From an uncultured Candidatus Rokubacteria bacterium (GTDB taxonomy: Bacteria; Methylomirabilota; Methylomirabilia; Rokubacteriales; CSP1-6): a stretch of 64,000 nucleotides of DNA. Below the pieces are notes generated by a model. That model saw nothing but the letters and a program-made list of their open reading frames with translations, searched no databases and had not been told where the DNA came from. Where the stretch lies: contig CAVUPM010000002.1 in the NCBI GenBank assembly GCA_963743355.1, forward strand, positions 2,546,825 to 2,610,824, read 5' to 3'. Below, piece by piece: positions 53,840 through 61,979 of this stretch; the first letter of the stretch is position 1, and each line of letters starts with the position of its first letter. Position numbers and translations under genes: made by a program.

Positions 53840-55521
53840 CAGACCTCCAGGATCATGGGCAGCACCACGGGCTTGCGCTGGAAGCGGTGGTTCACGAACT
53901 GACGCACCGTGGTGCGCACGCGGGCGCCGATGGCCTCGCGGTCCCACGGCTCGTCCGGCACGCGCTCGCCGAGCGCGGCGATCACCGCCGCGCGCATCGC
54001 CTCCAGCAGCGCCTCGTTCTCCTTGACGTAGATGACGCCGCGGGTGGCAATCTCGGGGCCCGCCACCAGCGCGCCCTTGGCGTCGACGGCGAGCGAGACG
54101 GCGATGACGCCGTCCTCGTTCAGGATCTGCCGGTCGCGCAGGACGACCGCGCCGACGTCGCCGATCCCCTTGCCGTCGACCAGCACGCGGCCGGCCGGGA
54201 ACCCCTCCACCACGCGCGCGGACGTCGGCGTGGCCTCCAGGCCGGCGCCGTCCTCGATGAGGAAGATCCGCTCGGAGGGCAGCCCCGTCGACGCGGCCAG
54301 GCGGGCGTGGCCCAGCAGGTGCCGATACTCGCCGTGAACGGGCACGAAGTAGCGCGGGCGCGTGAGCGCGAGCATCCGCTTGAGGTCTTCCTGACTCGCG
54401 TGCCCGGAGACGTGCACGAAGGCGTTGTCGTCGTACAGCACCTCGGCGCCCAGCCGGTAGAGCGCGTTGATCACCCGCCCCACGGTGCGCTCGTTGCCGG
54501 GGATGACGCGCGCGGAGATGACGACGAGGTCGCCGCGCGCGACCTGCACGTACTTGTGCTCGCCGGCGGCCATGAGGGCCAGCGCGGAGTGCGGCTCGCC
54601 CTGGCTGCCGGTGGAGAGGATCACCTGGCGCTCGGGCGGCAGCGCCACCAGCTCCTCCAGCGGCAGCAGCAGGCCCTCCGGCACGCGCAGGTACCCGAGC
54701 TCGGCGGCGATCGCCACGTTGCGCTCCATCGAGCGCCCCAGCAGCGCGACCTGCCGGCCGAACCGTGCGGCCTGAGTGAGGACCTGCTGGATGCGATGGA
54801 TGTGCGAGGCGAAGGTGGCGAGGATGATGCGGCCGGAGGCGTGCGCGAACCGCTCGGCGAACGCGGCCCCCACCTCGAGCTCCGAGGGCGTGTGGCCGGG
54901 CCGGTCGACGTTGGTGGAGTCCGAGCACAGCACGAGGACGCCGCGCTCGCCCAGCTCGGCGAACCGGCGATCGTCGGACGGCTCGCCGTCGAGCGGGCTC
55001 GGATCGAGCTTGAAGTCGCCGGTGAGGACGACGGTGCCGGCGGGCGTGTCGACCGCCAGGCCGATGCCGTCCACGATCGAGTGGGTCACCCGGATCGGCT
55101 CCACCCGGAACGGCCCCACCTCGAACGCCTCCCGCGGCCGCATGACCCGCAGGTCCGCGCTCTCGAGCAGACCGTGCTCGCGCAGCTTCTCGGTGACCAG
55201 CGCCAGCGTCAGCGGCGTGCCGTACACCGGCACGGTGGCCGCGCGCAGCAGGTACGGGATCGCGCCGATGTGGTCTTCGTGACCGTGCGTCAGCACCACC
55301 GCCCGAAACCCGTCGCCCTTGGCCAGCGCGTGGGAGAAATCCGGGATGACGTAGTCGATGCCCGGCAGCTCGTCGTCCGGGAACATCAGGCCGCAGTCCA
55401 CGGCGATGACGTCGTCCCCGAACTCGACGAGCATCATGTTCAAACCGATTTCGCCGAGCCCACCGAGGGGAATGAGACGAACCGCTGGCTCCACCAGAAC
55501 TCCTTTCGAGACGCCAGTCAT
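53839..55521 (-). CDS. rnj: Ribonuclease J (MBL, beta-CASP, C-terminal domain)
   Basis: MTGVSKGVLVEPAVRLIPLGGLGEIGLNMM..., HGHEDHIGA motif II, beta-CASP motifs; TGA stop overlaps the ftsK ATG; start coordinate uncertain by 1 nt. Confidence 0.85.
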   Translation of the reverse strand: MTGVSKGVLVEPAVRLIPLGGLGEIGLNMMLVEFGDDVIAVDCGLMFPDDELPGIDYVIPDFSHALAKGDGFRAVVLTHGHEDHIGAIPYLLRAATVPVYGTPLTLALVTEKLREHGLLESADLRVMRPREAFEVGPFRVEPIRVTHSIVDGIGLAVDTPAGTVVLTGDFKLDPSPLDGEPSDDRRFAELGERGVLVLCSDSTNVDRPGHTPSELEVGAAFAERFAHASGRIILATFASHIHRIQQVLTQAARFGRQVALLGRSMERNVAIAAELGYLRVPEGLLLPLEELVALPPERQVILSTGSQGEPHSALALMAAGEHKYVQVARGDLVVISARVIPGNERTVGRVINALYRLGAEVLYDDNAFVHVSGHASQEDLKRMLALTRPRYFVPVHGEYRHLLGHARLAASTGLPSERIFLIEDGAGLEATPTSARVVEGFPAGRVLVDGKGIGDVGAVVLRDRQILNEDGVIAVSLAVDAKGALVAGPEIATRGVIYVKENEALLEAMRAAVIAALGERVPDEPWDREAIGARVRTTVRQFVNHRFQRKPVVLPMILEV

Positions 55522-55587
55522 CGTAGCACCCGGCCCGCGCCGCCCCGAAGTTCTGCTACGGGCACGATTCTTGGATACCCAAAGGGT

Positions 55588-55914
55588 ATGAAAGTTTTCA
55601 TCCTGGCCGTTTTGGTAGGTCTTCTCGCTGGTTGCACGAACTCGTACTGGGCGCGGCCGGGGGCCACGCTGCCCGATCTGGTAAGCGAATCCGAGAATTG
55701 TTACCGGGCCGCGTTCGACTTCGACGCGCCTTCCGCACTCCCCGGCCCCAGCGGCGCGCCACAGCTGCTGCCCCGGACGACCCCGCCGCCCAGGCTGTGG
55801 GAGCGGGCGCCGTCGGCGGCCGCCTTCGAACGCTTCGATGAGCAGTTGAAATACGAGCGCTGCATGCACACGCGCGGCTGGGACTCGGCCCGGGCCTCCG
55901 CCCCGAAACTCTGA
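55588..55914 (+). CDS. Small Cys-containing lipoprotein (108 aa), paralog of the one at 28526-28765; 5' end notably AT-rich
   Basis: MKVFILAVLVGLLAGC lipobox, then TNSYWARPGATLPDL...ENCYR...FDEQLKYERCMHTRGWDS, sharing the WxYAxPG, ExC and ECMxxxGY/W-xS motifs with the other copy. Confidence 0.5.
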   Translation: MKVFILAVLVGLLAGCTNSYWARPGATLPDLVSESENCYRAAFDFDAPSALPGPSGAPQLLPRTTPPPRLWERAPSAAAFERFDEQLKYERCMHTRGWDSARASAPKL

Positions 55915-55934
55915 CGCTCGGCCCGCAAGGCGGC

Positions 55935-55995
55935 GCCGCCGGGCCGGCACCCCCGAGCCACCCGGGGGGTCTGGGGGCCATGTCGGGGCCCCCCA
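55935..55995. repeat. Copy C (partial) of the dispersed GC-rich hairpin repeat element
   Basis: ggcacccccgagccacccggggggtctGGGGGCCatgtcggGGCCCCCC. Confidence 0.55.
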
Positions 55996-56026
55996 GGCAG
56001 GCTATCCCCCCGGTAAACTATCCCGC

Positions 56027-56725
56027 GTGCCGCTGCGCCGCCTGCGCTACGCGACCCTGGATGCCCTGCTCCGCCGCGAGCTGGTCCGCGAGGAGCATCC
56101 GGCCACCGCGGCGCTGATCCGCGACCTCGCCGGCGTGCGCGCGCGCGGCGCCTTCACGCGCGGGGAGTTCACGCGGATGTGCCGGTGGAAGAGCCCGCGG
56201 GCGCGCCTGCTGTGGGGGGCCAACTCCCCGGCGCGCGTCCGCGCGGTCTCTCGCGCAGTCCTGGCGACCCGCAGCGAGCGGCGCCGGATGGAACTGCTGA
56301 CGAGCCTGCGCGGCGTCGGCGTGCCCATCGCCTCCGCCATCCTCACCCTCATCGACCCGCGCCGCTACGGCGTCCTCGACATCCGCGCCTGGCAACTCCT
56401 CGTCGCCATCCGCTCCGTCCGCACGAACGCCCGCGGCCAAGCCTTCACCATCGCGCAGTGGGAGCAATACCTCTCGGCCCTACGCCACCACGCCCGTTGC
56501 CTCGGCGTCACCGCCCGTACGATCGAATACACGCTGTTCGAGTGCCACCGGAAATTTCAACAGGGGACTCTCTACGTCCGCTCCGAGCGCCGGCTCCGCC
56601 GGCGCAATCCTGTCCTCGGGGGAGGCAGCGAGGAGCGCGCCGCCAGGCGCGCGACGACCGTCGGCCGGGGAGTCCGAGGGGGCGTAGCCCCCTCGCTCAC
56701 ACGGGGGACGAAGTCCCCCGTGTGA
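56027..56725 (+). CDS. Small HhH-GPD-like (DNA-glycosylase-fold) hypothetical protein
   Basis: LTSLRGVGVPIASAILTLIDPRRYGVLDIRAWQLL resembles the helix-hairpin-helix plus Gly/Pro loop plus Asp of the EndoIII superfamily (compare LPGVGRKTANVVL...AVDTHIFRV); GTG start; the last 9 codons are the hairpin at 56698-56728. Confidence 0.45.
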   Translation: MPLRRLRYATLDALLRRELVREEHPATAALIRDLAGVRARGAFTRGEFTRMCRWKSPRARLLWGANSPARVRAVSRAVLATRSERRRMELLTSLRGVGVPIASAILTLIDPRRYGVLDIRAWQLLVAIRSVRTNARGQAFTIAQWEQYLSALRHHARCLGVTARTIEYTLFECHRKFQQGTLYVRSERRLRRRNPVLGGGSEERAARRATTVGRGVRGGVAPSLTRGTKSPV

Positions 56726-56728
56726 GTC
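56698..56728. terminator. Perfect 14-bp-stem hairpin between convergent genes (candidate bidirectional terminator)
   Basis: CTCACACGGGGGAC-gaa-GTCCCCCGTGTGAG. Confidence 0.45.
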
Positions 56729-57968
56729 CTAAAACGGCGAGGAGTCCTCGAGCCGGCGGACGAGGGCGCGCGCTTCCTTGAGGTAGCGGCGGTGCTCGGC
56801 GCCATCCAGCGGCTGGCCGGGGACGAACTTCTCGTTCAGCGGGTTCACGAAGCGCCCGTTCTTCTTGACGCGATAGTCCAGATGGGGGCCGGTGCTCAAT
56901 CCGGTGGACCCGACGTAGCCGATCACGTCGCGCTGGCTCACGCGCGTGCCCGTCCGGACGCCAGGCCCGAGCCGCGCGAGATGGTTGTACAGCGTCTCGT
57001 AGCCCGCGTGGTGCCGCAGGTGCACCTGGATGCCGTTGCCGCCGTTCCAGCCGGCCAGGACCACGGTGCCGTCGGCGACGGCGCGAACGGGCGTGCCCAC
57101 CGGCGCCCCGTAGTCCACCGCCAGGTGCGGCCGCACGCCGCCCAGGATCGGGTGCGGGCGCGCGTAGGTGAAGCCCGAGGTGACGCGCGTGAACTCCAGC
57201 GGCGACTTCAGGAAGGTCTTCTTCAGCGAGCGGCCGTCGAGATCGTAGTACGCGTTCCGCCCGCCGGCCGGCTCGAAGCCCACCCCGGTCAGGATGCGGC
57301 CGTCACTCAGATACTGCGCGACGAGGATCTGGCCGTAGTCCACGAACTGCTCGCCGGCGTAGCGCTTCTCGACGAGCAGGCGGAAGCGGTCGCCGCCGCG
57401 GCTGTCGGCGGTGAAGTCGAAGTCCGAGGAGAAGATCTCGACCAGCTCGAGCACGAGCTGCGGCGACTCGCCCAGCGCCTCGACCGCCTCGAACAGCGAG
57501 CGCTTCAGCTCGCCGCCCACCGCCTCCACGCGCACGTCGGGACGGGTCTCGGCGCGCCGCACCTCCCAGCCCGGTGTCGGTCGCCACCACCGCGAAGCCC
57601 AGCCACGGGCTCGGCTCCCAGCGCACCGCGACCGGCTCGCCCTCGAGCGTCCACGTGATCTCCAGCTCGTCGCTCGGGCGCATGCGCCGCAGGTCGGCGC
57701 CGCCGGCGCGCAGCGCGGCGGCGATGCCGGTGGAGGCGCGGCGGTCGAGGCCGAGCCGGCCGAGCGCGCTGACGAGCGTGTCGCCCCGGCGCAGCGAGAC
57801 CGACTCCGTGCGGACCTGGGGCGGCGGGGGCTCGGCGGCGACGGGCTCGGGCGCCGGCGCCGGGGCGATCGCAACCGGGGGCGGGGCCGACGGCTTGAAG
57901 ACGACGAGGCCGGTGGCGGCAACTGGCAACACGGCGAGGAGCGAGAGCACGATCGTGCGCCGCGACAT
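56729..57968 (-). CDS. M23-family metallopeptidase with N-terminal membrane anchor; apparent 1-nt frameshift near 57570-57600
   Basis: N-terminal MSRRTIVLSLLAVLPVAATGLVVF...VRWEPSPWLGFAVVATDTGLG in one frame; LytM/M23 core HxxxD...GSTGLSTGPHLDYRV...H in the adjacent frame. Confidence 0.7.
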
Positions 57969-57973
57969 CCCCG

Positions 57974-58762
57974 TTATGATAGCCGAGCCGTCAGCGCGAC
58001 GAACTCCTCAATCGTCAGGGTCTCAGCCCGGCGCCCGGGGTCGACCCCAGATCTGGTGGCCGCCTCGCGTGCGACCCCCAGCGAAAGGCCGAGCCCGCCC
58101 GTGAGCGCGTTGGCGAGGGTCTTGCGCCGACTCGCGAACGCCGCGCGCACGACGTCGCGAAAGCGCGCCTCGAGCCCGGGGGGCACCCGCGTCTGCGCGC
58201 GCGGCGTGAGCCGCACCACGGCGGAGTCCACCTTGGGGGGCGGACGGAACGCGCCGGGCGGCACCCGCAACGCCAGCTCCACGTCGCACACGGCCTGGGT
58301 CAGCACCGACATCGCGCCGTACACCTTGCCGCCGGGCGGCGCGGCCAGACGCTCGGCCACCTCGCGCTGGAGCATGAGCGCCATCGCGTCGATCACGCCC
58401 CGCGCCTCGAGCAGGGCCGCCACGATCGGCTTGCCGACGCTGTAGGGCAGGTTGCCGACGACGAGCACGCGGCCGCCGGCCGGCCGCTCGAGCGTGCCGT
58501 AGTCCCACGTCCGCGCATCCGCCTCCAGCACCTCCACCGCCGGCCACCGGCGGCGCAGCGCCTCGAGGAGCCCGCGGTCCACCTCCAGCGCGATGAGTCG
58601 GCCCGCCCGGCGGGCCAGCTCGTGCGTGAGCGCGCCCTCCCCCGGCCCGATCTCGACGACGAGGTCGGCGGAGGTCGGCGCGACGAGATCGACGATGGAT
58701 CGGGCGATGCCGGCGTCGCGGAGAAAGTGCTGCCCGAGCGCCCGGCGCTTACCGCCCGGCAC
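57974..58762 (-). CDS. rsmA: 16S rRNA (adenine1518-N6/adenine1519-N6)-dimethyltransferase
   Basis: GTG start (M)[15 protein letters not shown]..., SAM motif VVEIGPGEGALT, NLPYSV. Confidence 0.85.
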   Translation of the reverse strand: MPGGKRRALGQHFLRDAGIARSIVDLVAPTSADLVVEIGPGEGALTHELARRAGRLIALEVDRGLLEALRRRWPAVEVLEADARTWDYGTLERPAGGRVLVVGNLPYSVGKPIVAALLEARGVIDAMALMLQREVAERLAAPPGGKVYGAMSVLTQAVCDVELALRVPPGAFRPPPKVDSAVVRLTPRAQTRVPPGLEARFRDVVRAAFASRRKTLANALTGGLGLSLGVAREAATRSGVDPGRRAETLTIEEFVALTARLS

Positions 58763-59379
58763 GGGTGCGCAGGTCTTCGAGGAGGGCGGCGTGGACCTCG
58801 CGGGTGCGGGCCTCGGTGGCGGCGCGGTCGCCGGAGTTGTCGATGACGTGGTCGGCGAGCCTGGCCTTGTCGGCCAGCGACATCTGGCTGGCGATCTTGC
58901 GCTCGGCGTCGGCCCGGTCGCCGTCGCGGGCCAGCGCGCGGGCGCGCTGGGTCGCATCGTCGGTGATCACGACGATCAGCCGGTCCATGTCACGGTAGCC
59001 ACCCGACTCGATCATCACGGGCGCGTCCCAGACGACGATCCCCTCGAAGCCCCGCGCCTCCAGCTCGGTCAGGCGGGCGCGGTAACGGTCGCGGATCGCG
59101 GGGTGCGTGATCGCCTCCAGGCGTTGGCGCCGAGCCGGGTCGGCGAAGACGACGGCGCCGAGTCGCCTGCGGTCGAGCGTGCCGTCCGCCTGCAGGACGT
59201 CGCGGCCGAACTCCTCGGCGATGGCGACCAGGGCGGGCTCGCCCGGGGTCGACGACCTCGCGGGCCAGCACGTCGGCATCGAGCACGACGCAGCCGAGCC
59301 CCCGCAAGGTCTCCGACACGGTGCTCTTGCCGGTCGCGAGGCCGCCGGTGAGCCCGACCAGCAGGAAGCGGCGGCTCAC
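58749..59379 (-). CDS. coaE: Dephospho-CoA kinase with an apparent 1-nt insertion in a CCCCGGG run near 59243-59249
   Basis: [25 protein letters not shown]...[15 protein letters not shown] in one frame, continuing [27 protein letters not shown]...ITHPAIR in the adjacent frame; GTGA overlap with the polA stop. Confidence 0.7.
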
Positions 59380-61979
59380 ACGTCCGACCAGTCGGCGCCT
59401 GTCTTGACGTCCACGACGATCGGCACCGCCAGCGGCAACGCCGCCTCCATGATCTCCTGCGCCAGCGCCGCCATCGCGTCGACCTCCTCGGGCGGCGACT
59501 CGAAGAGCAGCTCGTCGTGCACCTGCAGCAGCATGCGGCTGGCCAGCCCGCGCTCGCGCAGCGCCGCCTGCATGCGCACCATCGCGATCTTGATCATGTC
59601 GCTGGCGGTCCCCTGCACCGGCGCGTTCATGGCCATGCGCTCGGCCGCGTTGCGGGCCACCGGGTTGTTGGAGCGCAGGTCGGGCAGGTAGCGCCGGCGG
59701 CCCAGCAGCGTGGTGACGTAGCCGCGCTCGCGGCCGTCGGCCAGCGTGCGGTCGATGAACGCCCGCACCCGCGGATGGGCGGCGAAGTACGCCTCGATGT
59801 ACCGCTGCGCCTCCTTCTGGTCGATCTTGGTCGCCTGCGACAGCCCGAACGCCGAGACGCCGTAGAGGATCGCGTAGTTGGCGCTCTTGGCGATCGTGCG
59901 CTGCAGCGACGTCACGCTCGCCGGCGCGATCTTGAAGACCTCGCAGGCCGTGCGGGTGTGGATGTCCTCGCCCCGCTGGAACGACTCGATGATCGCCGTC
60001 TCGCCGGAGAGGTGCGCGAGGATGCGCAGCTCGATCTGCGAGTAGTCGGCGGCCACGAAGCGCCAGCCCTCCTCCGGCACGAACGCCTGCCGGATCCGCC
60101 GCCCCAGCTCGGTCCGGATCGGAATGTTCATGAGGTTCGGGTCCTGGCTCGACAGCCGTCCCGTCGCCGCCACCAGCTGGTTGAACGTGGTGTGGATCCG
60201 GCCCGTCCCCGGATTCACCAGCACCGGCAGCGCGTCGGCGTAGGTGCCCTTGAGCTTCGACAGCGTGCGGTGCTCGAGGATCTTGGCCGGGAGCGGATGG
60301 CCCACGGCCAGCTCGGTGAGCACGTCGGCGTCGGTGGAGTAGCCGGTCTTGGTGCGCCGGATGGCCGGCAGCTTGAGCTTCTCGAACAGGATCTGGGCGA
60401 GCTGCTTGGGCGAGGCGATGGTGAACGACTCGCCGGCCAGCTCGTAGATCTCACGGGTGAGATTGTCGAGGCCGCGCTCCAGCTCCTTGGCGAACGCCTC
60501 CAGCCGGGCCGGCTCCACCCGGATGCCGTGCCGCTCCATCTCGGCCAGCACGGGCACCAGCGGGCGCTCGATGTCGTCGTAGATCCGGCGCAGCGCGCGC
60601 TCGTCGAGCTCGGCCGCCGCGTGCGTCCAGTAGCGCACCAGCCAGCGGGCGCGCTCGCCGAGGATCGCGCCGAGCGCGTCGTCGACCACGCGGCCGTCCG
60701 GAGCGGGCGCGGGCGGCGTGGGTGGACACTCGCCGAACGCCTCCATGCACACCTCGTCCAGCCGGTACGTCGCCCGCGCCGGGTTCAGCAGATAGGCGGC
60801 CAGCGCGGTGTCCTCCGCCGAGGGCAACGCGACGCCCGCGGCCAGGCCGGCCTCCAGGAGCGGCTTGGCGTCGTGCACGATCACCGGCCGCCCGGCGAGC
60901 GCCGCGCCCGGCGCCAGGCGCGTCCACGCCGCGCCGGCCGCCGGATGGAACAGCCCGAGCGCGTCGATGCGCGGCACCGGCGGGCGCGCCTCGCCGACCC
61001 AGTCGACGGCCAGCGGCGCGCCGGCCGGTACCCGACCCAGATAGTCGGCGAGAGCCGCCGCGTCGTCGAGCCGCGCCACCGGCTCCGCACTCACCGACAC
61101 CACGGTGGCCGGCAGCTCCTTGACGAGGCGCGTGAACTCCATCTCCATCCAGAGCCCGCGCAGCCGCACCCAGTCCGGCTCGCCGAGACGGAACGCCTCG
61201 AGGTCCAGCGTCGCCGGCGCCGAGCGCGACAGCGAGGCCAGCTCGCGCGAGAGCAGCGCCTGCTTGCGGCTGGCCGCCAGGGTCTCGCGCAGCTTGCCGC
61301 CCACCAGCGTGAGGTTCTCGTACAGGCGCTCGACCGAGCCGAACTGCGTGATCAGCTTCACCGCGGTCTTCTCGCCCACGCCCTTGACGCCGGGGATGTT
61401 GTCGATGGCGTCGCCCATGAGCGCCAGTACGTCGGCGATCTGGGCCGGCTCCACGCCCCACCGCTCGCGCACCTTGGCCTCGTCGTACATCACGCGCTCG
61501 CCGGTGCGGCCGAGCACCGAGAGCACGCGCACGCGGGGCCCGACCAGCTGCAGCAGGTCCTTGTCGCCGCTGACGACCACGACGTCGAGGTCCTCCTGAC
61601 GAAGCGCCTGCTCGACCAGGGTGGCGAGCACGTCGTCGGCCTCGTAGCCGGGCACCTCGACGACCGGCGTCCGCAGGGCCTCGAACAGCCGTCGCACATA
61701 CGGAAGCTGGCGCACGAGGTCGTCGGGCATGGCGGTCCGCGTGGCCTTGTACTCGGCGAACATCGCGTCGCGGAAGGTGGGGCCGGGCGGATCCAGCGCG
61801 ATGCCGAGATAGTCGGGCCGCTCCTCGCGGATCAGCTTCCACAGCATCGTGCTGAGGATCAGCACCGCGTGGCTCGGCACGCCCTTGGAGGTCGAGAGGT
61901 AGCCGACCGCATGGTAGGCCCGGAAGATGTGCGAGTGCCCATCGACGATGTAGAGCGTGGGTGTGGTAGCGGGTGTCAT
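59376..61979 (-). CDS. polA: DNA polymerase I
   Basis: 5'-3' exonuclease N-terminus [24 protein letters not shown]; polymerase motifs A (DYSQIELR), B ([14 protein letters not shown]) and C ([10 protein letters not shown]). Confidence 0.9.
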   Translation of the reverse strand: MTPATTPTLYIVDGHSHIFRAYHAVGYLSTSKGVPSHAVLILSTMLWKLIREERPDYLGIALDPPGPTFRDAMFAEYKATRTAMPDDLVRQLPYVRRLFEALRTPVVEVPGYEADDVLATLVEQALRQEDLDVVVVSGDKDLLQLVGPRVRVLSVLGRTGERVMYDEAKVRERWGVEPAQIADVLALMGDAIDNIPGVKGVGEKTAVKLITQFGSVERLYENLTLVGGKLRETLAASRKQALLSRELASLSRSAPATLDLEAFRLGEPDWVRLRGLWMEMEFTRLVKELPATVVSVSAEPVARLDDAAALADYLGRVPAGAPLAVDWVGEARPPVPRIDALGLFHPAAGAAWTRLAPGAALAGRPVIVHDAKPLLEAGLAAGVALPSAEDTALAAYLLNPARATYRLDEVCMEAFGECPPTPPAPAPDGRVVDDALGAILGERARWLVRYWTHAAAELDERALRRIYDDIERPLVPVLAEMERHGIRVEPARLEAFAKELERGLDNLTREIYELAGESFTIASPKQLAQILFEKLKLPAIRRTKTGYSTDADVLTELAVGHPLPAKILEHRTLSKLKGTYADALPVLVNPGTGRIHTTFNQLVAATGRLSSQDPNLMNIPIRTELGRRIRQAFVPEEGWRFVAADYSQIELRILAHLSGETAIIESFQRGEDIHTRTACEVFKIAPASVTSLQRTIAKSANYAILYGVSAFGLSQATKIDQKEAQRYIEAYFAAHPRVRAFIDRTLADGRERGYVTTLLGRRRYLPDLRSNNPVARNAAERMAMNAPVQGTASDMIKIAMVRMQAALRERGLASRMLLQVHDELLFESPPEEVDAMAALAQEIMEAALPLAVPIVVDVKTGADWSDV

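Noticed and set aside
53840-54928. Upper part of the 1277-aa minus-strand ORF (51095-54928) and the 675-aa plus-strand ORF 53887-55914
   Set aside because: These run out of frame or antisense through RNase J. Only the frame containing ftsK and the terminal 108-codon lipoprotein (55588-55914) are coding. The rest is high-GC open-frame artefact.
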